Shown here: one piece after another, positions 1 to 10,939 of the stretch
Layout of the letters: every line of letters begins with the position of its first letter
Position numbering within the stretch: the first letter of the stretch is position 1
NCBI GenBank assembly: GCA_038831915.1
Contig: JAWBKB010000004.1
Location: 1-64,000, forward strand
From: Candidatus Caldarchaeum sp.
Lineage (GTDB): Archaea > Thermoproteota > Nitrososphaeria_A > Caldarchaeales > Caldarchaeaceae
Direction of reading: 5' to 3'
DNA length: 64,000 nt
Notes under the pieces: generated by a model
The model's database searches: none
Told to the model about the DNA's origin: nothing
What the model saw: the letters and a program-made list of their open reading frames with translations, nothing else
Program-made: the position numbers and the translations under genes

Positions 1-204
1 ATCATCGCATATTTTCAATTTTTGTGAAAAAATTTTATCGTTTACAAACATTTCATTCAGCGTAAGAGAAAGAGCAAGACGCAAACACATTGAATAAGAA
101 ATTAACATTTACGGAAAAGACGATTTAATCCAATTTCTGAGTTTAATCGGATTTTCCCATCCAACTAAAATTGTTCAAATAAGTCGCGTTTGGTCCCACT
201 AAAA
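1..204 (+). mobile_element. 16S BHB intron (3' part), inserted after about E. coli U793
   Basis: 16S resumes at ACCCCGGTAG (205) without the preceding GGATTAGAT. CTAA (199-202) can pair with exon TTAG and is followed by a 3-nt AAA bulge, i.e. the 3' half of a BHB. Confidence 0.85.
2..202 (+). pseudogene. C-terminal part of intron LAGLIDADG homing endonuclease with internal stop
   Basis: Frame 2 reads ...RRKHIE*EINIYGKDDLIQFLSLIGFSHPTK..., a typical LAGLIDADG domain end (IGFxHPxK); in-frame TAA at 95-97. Confidence 0.7.
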
Positions 205-354
205 ACCCCGGTAGTCCCAGCCGTAAACGATGCGGGCTTGGCGTCGGAACGGCTACGAGCCGTTCCGGTGCAGAAGGGAAACCATTAAGCCCGCCGCCTG
301 GGGAGTACGGCCGCAAGGCTGAAATCCTAAGACCGCGCAAGTGCTCATCGCGAA

Positions 355-1021
<667 letters not shown>

Positions 1022-1052
1022 CGTTGCGGCTTAATTGGAGTCAACGCCGGAA

Positions 1053-1666
1053 AGAGGGGTCCTAACGGCAACGGCATTGTTTTAACGAGACATGGTTACA
1101 TGGATGGTGTTGAAAGAGGTTTATGCTGAATGTCTTGAAAACAGGGAAATTGCGTCGAAGGTTATGTTGTCTTTGATTGAGTTCGAGTTTGGCTTTGTTG
1201 GTGATGATAAACCGACGTTGGTTCAGTGCAAAAACAACGAGCAACAATTCAAGGCGATTTTCGAAATCTGCAGAAAACATGGGTGGGCGACAAGAACCGA
1301 GAAATCGTTTAAAAAAGGAAATCCTTATTTCAGAATGAACGTACGAGGGTTCCAAGAAATATACAATATCGCTGGGCCGTTCGCAGATTGGAAGAAAGAT
1401 TTGTGGGCGCGACTGTTGCTTGAACGCTCTGGTAAAATCGGGGGATGTCGAAAACACGATGCACCAACAGAAACTAAGTTGTTAAAATTGATTCAAGAGT
1501 TTCCTGACAAAATATGGAAAATTGAAGAACTATGTCTTGAGTTGAGGTTGTTGCCAAGCTCTGTTCGAGCAGCTCTCCGAATTTTGGAGAAGAAGGGAAT
1601 GATTAAAAAATTAGGAATGGTAAACAGATTCTCTATACTTTAGCCGTTAACTAACCCCTCCCGGAC
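1053..1666 (+). mobile_element. 16S BHB intron at about E. coli 978 (614 nt)
   Basis: Central helix CCGG/CCGG with AAA and ACA bulges; stem GAGGGGT..TAACGGC / GCCGTTA..ACCCCTC; splicing restores CCGGAAACCTTACC. Confidence 0.93.
1092..1643 (+). CDS. Intron-encoded protein: divergent single LAGLIDADG-like domain plus C-terminal winged HTH
   Basis: Intact 183-aa ORF; VMLSLIEFEFG at the LAGLIDADG motif position; C-terminal IEELCLELRLLPSSVRAALRILEKKGMI is HTH-like. Confidence 0.65.
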   Translation: MVTWMVLKEVYAECLENREIASKVMLSLIEFEFGFVGDDKPTLVQCKNNEQQFKAIFEICRKHGWATRTEKSFKKGNPYFRMNVRGFQEIYNIAGPFADWKKDLWARLLLERSGKIGGCRKHDAPTETKLLKLIQEFPDKIWKIEELCLELRLLPSSVRAALRILEKKGMIKKLGMVNRFSIL

Positions 1667-1750
1667 ACCTTACCGGGGGCGACAGCAGGATGATGGCCAG
1701 GTTGAAGGCCTTGCCTGACGAGCTGAGAGGAGGTGCATGGCCGTCGCCAG

Positions 1751-2384
1751 TCCGCAGCAGCAACTTTTTTATACAAAGTCCTGGCGCGTTGTTTTTGATG
1801 ATTTTTATCTGGCTGGTCTTATTGCGGCAGATGGATATGTGTCGGAACGCGAGGTTAGAATTTCCACCTCGAGCCGCGAGTATGCCGAATATGTCGCTGA
1901 CATTGTCCGCCGATGTTTGGGAAAAGCTCCTAAAATAGAAATAGGGAAAGGAGTGCTGCTTTTGCGCATCTATGACGTCAGCTTCGGAAAGATCCTTGAA
2001 ACCAAGTATGGAATTCCGATAGGGAGAAAATCCTCGACAATCCCGCTACCGTTATGGCTTGAATTGCCGGACATCATCGATTATTTGAATGGATATTTTG
2101 ATGGCGATGGTTCAATCACTGCAAACAAATCGGGAGTAACAAACGGCCGCTGGGGGCCGTACATTTCACCGTGAATTGTGATCACTTCAAAGTCGAAATT
2201 ATTTATCGACTCGTTGTCAAATTTTTTGAAAAAATTTGGGTTTAACGTAAAAGGACCTAGCTACGACAACGGTGTATACAGAATAAAAATGTTTGGTAGC
2301 AAAAACTTACGCATATTCGTGAGGATGTTTCAGCTGAGACATCCTCAGAAAAAGACCATGATAGAGTTACTGCTGCGGGGCGAA
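1751..2384 (+). mobile_element. 16S BHB intron at about E. coli 1068 (634 nt)
   Basis: Central helix CGCC/GGCG with AGT and AAT bulges; terminal stem CCGCAGCAGCAAC/GTTACTGCTGCGG. Confidence 0.88.
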
Positions 2385-2396
2385 TGCGTGCCGTGA
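1788..2396 (+). pseudogene. Two-motif LAGLIDADG homing endonuclease with in-frame TGA (2172-2174); start uncertain
   Basis: YLAGLIAADG and YLNGYFDGDG motifs; ORFs 1737-2174 and 2178-2396 share a frame; C-terminal LRHPQK. Confidence 0.88.
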
Positions 2397-2964
2397 GGTG
2401 TCCTGTTAATTCAGGCAACGGACGAGACCCGTGCCTCCAGTTGCGACCGGGCCGGAAGGCGCCGAGCACTCTGGAGGGACTGCCCCGGAAACGGGGAGGA
2501 AGGAGCGGGCCACGGCAGGTCAGTATGCCCCGAATCCCCCGGGCCGCACGCGACGTTCAATGGTGGGGACAGTGGGATGCAACCCCGAAAGGGGAAGCTA
2601 ATCCCTAAACCCCACCTCAGTAGGGATCGAGGGTTGCAACTCGCCCTCGTGAACGCGGAATCCCTAGTAACCGCCCGTTACCACCGGGCGGTGAATACGT
2701 CCCCGCTCCTTGCACACACTGCCCGTCGCTGCATCCGAGCTGGAACTGGGCGAGGGCCTGTCTCGTTGGCGGGTTCGAGCCCGGTTCTGGTGAGGAGGCA
2801 GAAGTCGTAACAAGGTGGCCGCACGGGAACGTGTGGCCGGATCACCTCCACGTACCGTATTCCCCAACAAAGCCTGGGTTTTGCTGCGGAGGATGTGGAA
2901 AGGGCTTGGCCCGTGTTTGATTGTTTTTATACTCGTAGCCTGTGTGCTCTCTAGAGGTGTTTGT

Positions 2965-4002
2965 ATGAAGGCTGCTGTTTATCACGGTCCGAACGATGTA
3001 AGAGTTAAAGACGTTGAGAAGCCATTGGCTGGACGCGGCGAAGTCGTGGTCAAAACATACGTGACTCTGACCTGTGGCACTGATTTGAAGATGTTTTTGC
3101 GTGGTCATCCGTTTGCGAAGCCGCCGGTCGTGATGGGGCATGAATTCGCCGGCGTCGTGACAGATGTCGGGGAAGAAGTTGATTGGGTTTCGGTTGGTGA
3201 TGAAGTTGTTGCCGCAAACTCGGCGCCATGCGGCTACTGTTCATACTGTAAGCTCGGCCGGTTCAACCTCTGCGAAAACCTTGAAGAAACCATCATCGGG
3301 TTCTCCGTCGACGGAGCATACGCGGAATACGTCAAACTTCCTCGGAGAATAGTGACTTTCAACCTTTATCGGCTTCCTAAGGGATTGGAGCCGCGTGTCG
3401 CAGCTCTGCTCGAGCCGTTAGCATGCGTAGTGAGAGGACAGAGGTTGAGCAACATCGACGTAGGCGACACTGTTACGGTGTTAGGAGCTGGTCCAATAGG
3501 CTTGATCCACATGCTTCTCGCCCGCCTTTCAGGAGCGCGTAAAACAATCGTCGTCGACGTGAACTGGAATAGGCTACGGTTTGCGTCTGAGCTTGGAGCC
3601 GACGTCGTCGTCAACAGCATGGAAGAAGACGCTGCTAAACGTGTATACGATGAAAACGGTGGTCTGGGCTCGGACGTCGTTATAGAGGCCGTCGGCCTGC
3701 CTGAAACCTGGGAAACGGCGATAAAGCTTGCGAGAAAAGGTGGAACTGTGCTTTTTTTCGGCGGCCCACCGAAGGCAACGAAAATCAGCGGCGACACATA
3801 CGCAATCCATTATGGCGAACTAACCCTACAGGGATCATTTCATCACACACCGCAAGACGTAACACGTGCTCTAAGGCTGCTCGAATCTGGAAAACTGCCA
3901 TTCGCAAAACTCATCACAGGAGAGGCAAAGGTCGACGACATAGTCAAAGTATTTCATGAACTACGCGAAGGGAAACACATCAAAGTCGCCATCACAGTTT
4001 AA
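2965..4002 (+). CDS. Zn-dependent (MDR) alcohol/polyol dehydrogenase
   Basis: TCGTD, GHEFAG, CGYCSYC structural Zn site, GAGPIG; ATG 2965 after GAGGTG. Confidence 0.92.
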   Translation: MKAAVYHGPNDVRVKDVEKPLAGRGEVVVKTYVTLTCGTDLKMFLRGHPFAKPPVVMGHEFAGVVTDVGEEVDWVSVGDEVVAANSAPCGYCSYCKLGRFNLCENLEETIIGFSVDGAYAEYVKLPRRIVTFNLYRLPKGLEPRVAALLEPLACVVRGQRLSNIDVGDTVTVLGAGPIGLIHMLLARLSGARKTIVVDVNWNRLRFASELGADVVVNSMEEDAAKRVYDENGGLGSDVVIEAVGLPETWETAIKLARKGGTVLFFGGPPKATKISGDTYAIHYGELTLQGSFHHTPQDVTRALRLLESGKLPFAKLITGEAKVDDIVKVFHELREGKHIKVAITV

Positions 4003-5018
4003 CTCGTCAGAACCACTTTCAGGCTTCGCGACGCGTCGTGCGCAGTTTCAAACGCTTTCACAGCGTCTTCCAGGTCATATACATGGGTGACGAGTTTTCG
4101 GGCTGAAAACCTTCCGTTCTTCATGAGCATGAGGACTTCGTTTGTCTCTATTTCTGTAGTGGAATAGCTCGTTACGATGTTTTTCTCCTCGATGAATAAC
4201 CTGCTGAAATCAATTTCGGTTTTCTCACCTTTTTCAGGCGCGCCGAAAACAACCAGTGTTCCACCTTTACGAATTGTTTCTAAAGCTGTTGAAACTGGTT
4301 TGGCGGCTGGTGTGGCAACCACCCCGATGTCCATCCCAATGCCCTGAGTAAGATCTCTGCAAATTTCGACAAAGTCGTTTGTGGCTGGGTTGATGGCGGC
4401 GTCAGCGCCGTTTTCCAATGCTTTACGCAGCCTGAATTCTGAAAGTTCGGCGACCGCTATGACGCTCGAGCCGATGACTTTTCCAAGAACGATAAATAAA
4501 GACCCGGTGGGCCCTGCCCCGACAACCGATATACTATCACCGGCTATAAATCGGGCCCTTTTCAAAGCTCTGAGAACACAGGCCGCCGGCTCGATGAACA
4601 CTGCATCCAGCCAGTCGATGTTTTCAGGAATTTTTAAAACTGCTCCTCGCTCTATGTTTGTTCGGGGCACTCTGAAATATTCCGCGAACCCGCATGGATG
4701 AATGGTTGTTTGGAGGAAGAGTGGACACATTGTGTGGGAGCCGCGGCGGCAGTAGTAGCATTTTCCGCATGAGACGTGATGATGGACAAATACTCGGTCA
4801 CAGGGTTGAAAATCTTCGGACTTGGATTCAGCTACTACTCCAACAACCTCGTGGCCAAGCATCGGCGGAGTTAGAGGTATTCCGAACGCTTTCTCGAGGT
4901 CGGTTCCGTCTATTCCGCATGCTTTCATTTCAACGAGGATTTCTCCATCGTTAATTTCGGGTATCTGTGAATCCCTGATTTCGACACCGCCTCCTTGTTT
5001 CGCGAAAACAGCCTTCAC
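3999..5018 (-). CDS. Zn-dependent (MDR) dehydrogenase
   Basis: GHEVVG, CGKCYYC, GAGPTG; GIDGTD at the catalytic Zn site. Confidence 0.9.
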   Translation of the reverse strand: MKAVFAKQGGGVEIRDSQIPEINDGEILVEMKACGIDGTDLEKAFGIPLTPPMLGHEVVGVVAESKSEDFQPCDRVFVHHHVSCGKCYYCRRGSHTMCPLFLQTTIHPCGFAEYFRVPRTNIERGAVLKIPENIDWLDAVFIEPAACVLRALKRARFIAGDSISVVGAGPTGSLFIVLGKVIGSSVIAVAELSEFRLRKALENGADAAINPATNDFVEICRDLTQGIGMDIGVVATPAAKPVSTALETIRKGGTLVVFGAPEKGEKTEIDFSRLFIEEKNIVTSYSTTEIETNEVLMLMKNGRFSARKLVTHVYDLEDAVKAFETAHDASRSLKVVLTS

Positions 5019-5050
5019 GACTGTGAAACTATCATGTGATTAGAAAAAGT

Positions 5051-5890
5051 TTACCACCATCCGATTTTGTCGAGGAGGCCTCTCGCCCGTGCTTCTCTCA
5101 CGGCTTTTTTAAAGATGTAGAAGCTGAACGCGACCCAGACCGACGAAATGAAGAAGGCGTATAATGTGTTTGCTTCGACGTTCATCCCGAGCGATGCTCT
5201 CATGGAGTTGAGTGCTTGGTTTATGGGTAGGATGTATTTGAAGGGGGCGGCGAATGGGTTAAGCGACTGAACTGGAAACAGTATATCGCCAAGAAGATAC
5301 AGTAGTCCGAGAAAGTAGTATGTGAGGCTCCACTGCAGTTTGTTGGTGAGAAAGTTGATGGATGGCAGGAGGTAGAAAATAGATAATGAGCCGATGTACA
5401 GAGACGCTAACGCTGTTAAAGTGTAGAGCGGGTTTGATAGGTTGGTTTGTAGCTGATGTCCCACCGCGTACACGATGAACATGTACGAGATGATGGTGGA
5501 GAACAGGGTTGACACCAGTGAGATAGCTGCTATGGCGAGGAATCTGCCGAAGAAGTAAGTGGTTAGGGAGGATGATGTAATGTAGATGCTTTTCATGACG
5601 CCGTATCTCTCTCTGTCTTGTGCTACTATGGTTCCACCCGCCTCGGCTGCTAAGATGTAAGGTGTGAGGAAGGCGGTTCCGATAAAGATGTATGATAGGT
5701 ATTCAGCGTCGACAGGCTGGCCCGTGAAGTTCATACCTACGATGTATAGCAGCGGAAACAACAATGTTGATGCAAGAGGCCTGATGATCTGAAGGCCTAT
5801 GAAGATGAAGGGGTCGGTCCAGTTGCTTTCAATCTCCCATCCAACCCAAATAGACGCGTAAATTGAGCGAAGCCTCTGCTTTACATCCAT
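5051..5890 (-). CDS. ABC-2 type exporter permease
   Basis: Multi-TM hydrophobic protein in operon with an ABC ATPase; start placed at MDVKQR. Confidence 0.8.
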   Translation of the reverse strand: MDVKQRLRSIYASIWVGWEIESNWTDPFIFIGLQIIRPLASTLLFPLLYIVGMNFTGQPVDAEYLSYIFIGTAFLTPYILAAEAGGTIVAQDRERYGVMKSIYITSSSLTTYFFGRFLAIAAISLVSTLFSTIISYMFIVYAVGHQLQTNLSNPLYTLTALASLYIGSLSIFYLLPSINFLTNKLQWSLTYYFLGLLYLLGDILFPVQSLNPFAAPFKYILPINQALNSMRASLGMNVEANTLYAFFISSVWVAFSFYIFKKAVREARARGLLDKIGWW

Positions 5891-6699
5891 CTGAGACTCA
5901 GCCTCCCTTCCTTCCGTCCGAGGTTTTCCATGAACTTCAAAGTTATCCAAGCCAATGGAATTAACACCACGGTTAGGATGGTCAAAACTCCGATGTGAAG
6001 CAACACACCTGAAACTGTCTGGCCGAGGATTATGGTTTGGCGGAGCCCGTCGATGCCGAAGGTAAGGGGTATCAGCGATGCGAGAAACTGGATGATGGCG
6101 GGAAAGGGTGAAAATCTGCCGACGGTGGGGAAGTACAGGCCTGAAACCAAATAGATAGGTTCGGCGAGGATGTCGTTGAGGTTATACGCGCCTCTGCCAT
6201 ACAGCATGTAGAGAGATGACATTAGCATTCCGAGTCCGTAGAGAGCCGTCATAGTGAGGATGAAGACAAGCGCCACTGCGAGAGGGTCGACGACGTTTAC
6301 GCGGATGTTCAGGACAAAGGTCGCGAAAAGAAATATCAAAACGGCTCGGACGGATGTGTTGACGATGGAGCCAACAGACATGCCGAGCAAAATGGACATT
6401 TTGGAAACGGGTGCTATGATGTATAGGTCGAGGTTTCCGCTTTCTTTCTCCCAGTAGAACTGGCTGGCCATGAGCCACAGAACATTATCCCAGAAAGCCA
6501 TCATAGCTCCCCCTATGACTGCGAAACCGGCTAATGCTTCGCTTCCAGAAACTCTGTAAAGGCTCGCGGCAGCAAAAACAACCATCAACGGAATAAGTGA
6601 TTCCGTGATTATCCATTCGGGTTCTCTGAAAGTGCTGACGACGCGGACATACGTTCGAGCGTAAGCGGCCTGAAGATTATGTCGCAAAGTCTTCCACAA
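5881..6699 (-). CDS. ABC-2 type exporter permease
   Basis: EKESGNLD, SGLYFP, PLTFGIDGLR ABC-2 signatures. Confidence 0.87.
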   Translation of the reverse strand: MWKTLRHNLQAAYARTYVRVVSTFREPEWIITESLIPLMVVFAAASLYRVSGSEALAGFAVIGGAMMAFWDNVLWLMASQFYWEKESGNLDLYIIAPVSKMSILLGMSVGSIVNTSVRAVLIFLFATFVLNIRVNVVDPLAVALVFILTMTALYGLGMLMSSLYMLYGRGAYNLNDILAEPIYLVSGLYFPTVGRFSPFPAIIQFLASLIPLTFGIDGLRQTIILGQTVSGVLLHIGVLTILTVVLIPLAWITLKFMENLGRKEGRLSLRWM

Positions 6700-7654
6700 C
6701 TTCTTCGCCTCCGATCAACTTGACGTAAACATCTTCAAACGATGGAAGGGATTTTGTGAGAGAAAGTACTTTTCCGCCGCGGCTTGTTATCAGTTGCACG
6801 AGTTCAGCGGTTTCATTCCAATCGTTGACAACCACCCTTATGCGGTATATGTTGGTCGCGGGGTCGCGTGTTTTGTAAGCGTTTTCGATTTTCTCCAAAA
6901 CGTTTTGAGCGTCGGATGGAATCCAGGTTTCGATGACGGCCACCTGTTTGCCCGCCACGATGTTCCGCAGCTCCGTGGGGCTTCCGAGTGCAACTATCCG
7001 GCCCTTGTTAAGCACGGCGACCTGTGCGCAAAGCTCTTCGACTTCAGCCATGTAGTGAGAGGTGAGGATGACGGTTTTTCCGCTGTTTCCTCTCACCCAT
7101 TCCTTGATAAGCCTTCTGATGTTACGGGCAGAAACAGCGTCCAATCCAATCGTCGGCTCGTCAAGAAAAAGAACAGACGGCTCGTTTACGAGACCTCTTG
7201 CAAGGTTCATCCGCTGCCGATAGCCTGTTGAAAGGTTTCGCAACATCTCGTTTTCAACCTCTTTCAGCCCGAGCTTTTCGATGAGATAGTCGATGCGTTC
7301 CTTCGCCGTCGCCTTGTCGATTCCATAGAGCATCGAATAGAACCAGAGGTTTTCACGGACCGTGATGAGTCCGTATCCGGGAGTGTCGGCTCCCGAAACG
7401 AGGTTTATCAGAGGCCTGATTTTTTCAGCTTCGGAGACAACGTCATAGCCATATACGTAAGCTTGACCGCTGGTCGGCAGAAGCAGCGTCGATAAAATTT
7501 TAACCAAGGTGGTTTTTCCAGCGCCGTTTGGGCCGAGAAGCCCAAAAATCATGCCTTTATCAATTTTGAGCGCAACATCTTCGAGAGCTTTCACAGTCAT
7601 GCCTTTGTTTTTGAAGACTCTTCCCAGGTTGACTGTTTCCACCGCATAAGTCAT
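6677..7654 (-). CDS. ABC exporter ATP-binding protein (DrrA-like)
   Basis: GPNGAGKTT, LSTGYRQR, LFLDEPT. Confidence 0.93.
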   Translation of the reverse strand: MTYAVETVNLGRVFKNKGMTVKALEDVALKIDKGMIFGLLGPNGAGKTTLVKILSTLLLPTSGQAYVYGYDVVSEAEKIRPLINLVSGADTPGYGLITVRENLWFYSMLYGIDKATAKERIDYLIEKLGLKEVENEMLRNLSTGYRQRMNLARGLVNEPSVLFLDEPTIGLDAVSARNIRRLIKEWVRGNSGKTVILTSHYMAEVEELCAQVAVLNKGRIVALGSPTELRNIVAGKQVAVIETWIPSDAQNVLEKIENAYKTRDPATNIYRIRVVVNDWNETAELVQLITSRGGKVLSLTKSLPSFEDVYVKLIGGEEVVEDFAT

Positions 7655-7754
7655 ATTTTATCACCAGTGGTTTTTTCACAATTTAAGAGCTCGAATTCCG
7701 CTTTGATAGAAGCAAAATGAGTTTAAATACATATTTGCATTCCCAACTACAAAC

Positions 7755-9548
7755 ATGAAAACTGTCAAGGGCAAAATCATTTGGGTTGCAGGGCCTGCTG
7801 TGAAAGCTGACGGTATGATGGGTGCAAAAATGTATGAAACGGTTTACGTTGGTGAAGAAAGGCTAATCGGGGAAATAATCAAGCTCACCGGAGATGTTGC
7901 TTTCATCCAAGTTTATGAGAACACGAGCGGGCTGAGGCCCGGGGAACCAGTTGAATCAACAGGGTCTCCTCTATCCGTTTCACTCGGGCCCGGAATGCTG
8001 GGAAGCATTTACGACGGAGTTCAGCGACCGCTCGACGTCATCGGACGCATCGCAGGCGGGTTCATCAAAAGAGGAATCAAAGCAGAGCCGCTCGCAAAAG
8101 ACAAAAAATGGAAATTCATCCCCAAGGCTAAGGCTGGGCAGGAAATCGGGCCCGGCGATTTTATTGGAGAAGTTCCCGAAACACCTCTGGTAACAACGAA
8201 AATCATGGTTCCACCCGACACGAAGCCAGGCGAGTTATCATACATCGCTCCAGAAGGCGAATACACTATAGAGGACACGATCGCTGAGGTTAAAACAAAA
8301 GACGGTAAAGTGGCGCTTAAGCTTTATCATAAATGGCCTGTCAGGCGTGCGCGGCCGTTCGTTCGACGGCTCGACCCCGAAGTTCCCATGATATCCGGTC
8401 AACGTGTTCTCGACACCTTGTTCCCAATTTCGAAAGGAGGAACAGCATGTATTCCGGGCGCGTTTGGCACGGGTAAGACTGTTACGCTTCATCAGCTCGC
8501 GAAATGGAGTGACACACGTGTCATATTCCATGTGGGGTGCGGGGAAAGAGGAAACGAGGAGTCCGAAGTTTTGACGGAGTTTCCGCATCTCAAAGACCCT
8601 GCGACCGGTAGGCCGTTGATGGAGCGAACTGTTCTAATCGCCAACACCAGCAACATGCCAGTGGCCGCGCGTGAAGCGAGCATCTACACGGGAGCGACCA
8701 TGGCTGAATACTATCGAGACATGGGATACGATGTGTTGCTTGTGGCCGATTCAACGAGCCGGTGGGCTGAAGCTCTGAGAGAAATTAGCGGAAGACTGGA
8801 AGAAATGCCGGCCGAGGAAGGGTATCCAAGCTATTTGGCCAGCAGGTTGGCTGAATTCTATGAAAGAGCGGGTAGGGTGGTTACGGTCGGTAGGCCGGAA
8901 AGAATTGGAAGCGTAACGCTTGTCGGAGCAGTCAGCCCGCCGGGAGGTGACTTTACGGAACCTGTTACGACTCACACAATGAGATTCATCAGAACTTTCT
9001 GGGCCCTTGACGCAAGCCTAGCATATACACGTCATTATCCCGCTATCAACTGGATTACATCGTATTCAGCGTATGTCGACACCGTTCGTAAATGGTGGTC
9101 TGAAAACGTTTCAATCGACTGGTACGAGCAGCGATATCAAGCGTATAGATTATTGCAGAGAGAGTCGGAGTTGCTTGAACTTGTTCGTCTGCTGGGGCCG
9201 GAAGCTTTGCCGGATGAAGAGAAACTTATCATCGACGTGGCCCGCATGATAAGGGACGGATTTCTCCAGCAAAACGCTTACGATGAAATCGACGCTTACT
9301 GTCCACCACATAAGCAATATAAGCTTCTGAGGCTCTTCGTCAAGTTTTACAACCTCGCTGATGAGGCTCTTCGGAAAGGCGTCTCACTCAAAGAAATCAG
9401 AACCATTCCGCTGATATCGAAACTCATCCGTGCTAAATATGAAATTCCCAACGACAGGCTTGACCTGATTGACGCTTTGGAGAAAAGCTTGGACGAGACG
9501 TTTGAAAAACTTGTTCTCGGCGAAAAACTCGAGGTGAAATCCGCGTGA
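7755..9548 (+). CDS. atpA: A/V-type ATP synthase subunit A
   Basis: [26 protein letters not shown]; no intein. Confidence 0.98.
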   Translation: MKTVKGKIIWVAGPAVKADGMMGAKMYETVYVGEERLIGEIIKLTGDVAFIQVYENTSGLRPGEPVESTGSPLSVSLGPGMLGSIYDGVQRPLDVIGRIAGGFIKRGIKAEPLAKDKKWKFIPKAKAGQEIGPGDFIGEVPETPLVTTKIMVPPDTKPGELSYIAPEGEYTIEDTIAEVKTKDGKVALKLYHKWPVRRARPFVRRLDPEVPMISGQRVLDTLFPISKGGTACIPGAFGTGKTVTLHQLAKWSDTRVIFHVGCGERGNEESEVLTEFPHLKDPATGRPLMERTVLIANTSNMPVAAREASIYTGATMAEYYRDMGYDVLLVADSTSRWAEALREISGRLEEMPAEEGYPSYLASRLAEFYERAGRVVTVGRPERIGSVTLVGAVSPPGGDFTEPVTTHTMRFIRTFWALDASLAYTRHYPAINWITSYSAYVDTVRKWWSENVSIDWYEQRYQAYRLLQRESELLELVRLLGPEALPDEEKLIIDVARMIRDGFLQQNAYDEIDAYCPPHKQYKLLRLFVKFYNLADEALRKGVSLKEIRTIPLISKLIRAKYEIPNDRLDLIDALEKSLDETFEKLVLGEKLEVKSA

Positions 9549-10939
9549 CTCTGGAAAAATCGGGGATAGAATATCTCTCGGTTCAGGAAATTCGAGGGCC
9601 TTTGATGATTGTCGGTGGTGTGTCCGGCGTCGCTTACGACGAGCTTGTGGAAGTTGAAACGGCTGATGGGGAGAGGAGGCTTGGCAGAGTTATCGAGGTG
9701 GGTGAAGGTAGGGCTGTTGTCCAAATTTTTGAAGGAACTCAGGGCCTTGGCATAGAAGGAACGAAGGCAAGGTTCCTCGGCCGCACGATGGAAATTCCAG
9801 TCAGCGTCGATATGCTTGGAAGGGTTTTTGACGGCTTGGGAAAACCTCTCGACGGATTGCCCGAGCCGATAGCTGAAGACGTGCTCGACGTCAACGGAGA
9901 ACCCATCAACCCACAGCAACGCGAATATCCATCTGACTTCATCCAGACCGGGATATCAGCCATCGATGGGATGAACAGCCTCGTCAGAGGCCAGAAACTT
10001 CCGATATTCTCGGGGGCAGGGCTTCCGCACAACTTTCTCGCCGCACAGATAGCGCGACAAGCCACGGTGCCGGGTAAAGAGGAGGAGTTCGCGGTTATTT
10101 TCGCCGCGGTCGGTGTGCAGAACGACGAAGCACGGTACTTTAGAAGGAGCCTTGAGGAAAGCGGGGCCATCAAGAGAAGCGCGTTGTTCCTCAACTTGGC
10201 GGATGACCCGGCCATCGAAAGAATCGTGACGCCGCGAATTGCTTTGACGCTCGCCGAATATCTTGCATACAGGCAAGGATACCACGTTCTCGTAATCATC
10301 ACCGACATCACGAACTACGCCGAAGCTTTGAGAGAGGTCAGCGCGGCACGTGAAGAAGTGCCTGGCAGAAAAGGTTATCCAGGATACATGTACACGGACT
10401 TGGCCTCGCTTTACGAAAGAGCTGGAAGAATATCGGGTTTGAAAGGCAGTTTGACGCAGATGCCTATATTGAGCATGCCGAGCGACGACATCACTCACCC
10501 CATACCCGACCTTACCGGCTACATCACGGAAGGACAAATCGTACTTTCCCGCGACCTCTACCGCCGAGGAATCTATCCACCCATTAACGTTCTGATGAGT
10601 TTGAGCAGGCTAATGGGGCCGGGCATAATTTCACAGAAGAAAACAAGACCCGACCACGGAGACGTAAGCAACCAGCTTTACGCCGCTTACGCGAGAGCAG
10701 TTCAGCTGAGAAGCTTGGCGGAAATCGTCGGTAAATCGGGCCTGTCCGAAACAGACCTCAAATACCTCGAGTTCGGAGACCTGTTTGAACAGCGTTTCCT
10801 ACGCCAAGGCCTCACCGAGAACCGAACACTCGACCAAACACTCGACATCGCCTGGGACATTCTATCGAGCCTTCCTGAAACTGAGCTGACCAAAATCAAG
10901 GAAGAGCACATCCGGAAACATTATAGGAAACGGACGTAG
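9545..10939 (+). CDS. atpB: A/V-type ATP synthase subunit B
   Basis: [37 protein letters not shown]. Confidence 0.98.
   Translation: MTLEKSGIEYLSVQEIRGPLMIVGGVSGVAYDELVEVETADGERRLGRVIEVGEGRAVVQIFEGTQGLGIEGTKARFLGRTMEIPVSVDMLGRVFDGLGKPLDGLPEPIAEDVLDVNGEPINPQQREYPSDFIQTGISAIDGMNSLVRGQKLPIFSGAGLPHNFLAAQIARQATVPGKEEEFAVIFAAVGVQNDEARYFRRSLEESGAIKRSALFLNLADDPAIERIVTPRIALTLAEYLAYRQGYHVLVIITDITNYAEALREVSAAREEVPGRKGYPGYMYTDLASLYERAGRISGLKGSLTQMPILSMPSDDITHPIPDLTGYITEGQIVLSRDLYRRGIYPPINVLMSLSRLMGPGIISQKKTRPDHGDVSNQLYAAYARAVQLRSLAEIVGKSGLSETDLKYLEFGDLFEQRFLRQGLTENRTLDQTLDIAWDILSSLPETELTKIKEEHIRKHYRKRT

Noticed and set aside
2172-2174. In-frame TGA as selenocysteine or programmed readthrough
   Set aside because: Homing endonucleases are not selenoproteins; CGA-to-TGA decay fits the lesions in neighbouring intron ORFs
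2815-2964. N-terminal extension of the dehydrogenase ORF
   Set aside because: Begins inside the 16S 3' end; ATG 2965 has an SD and matches the family start
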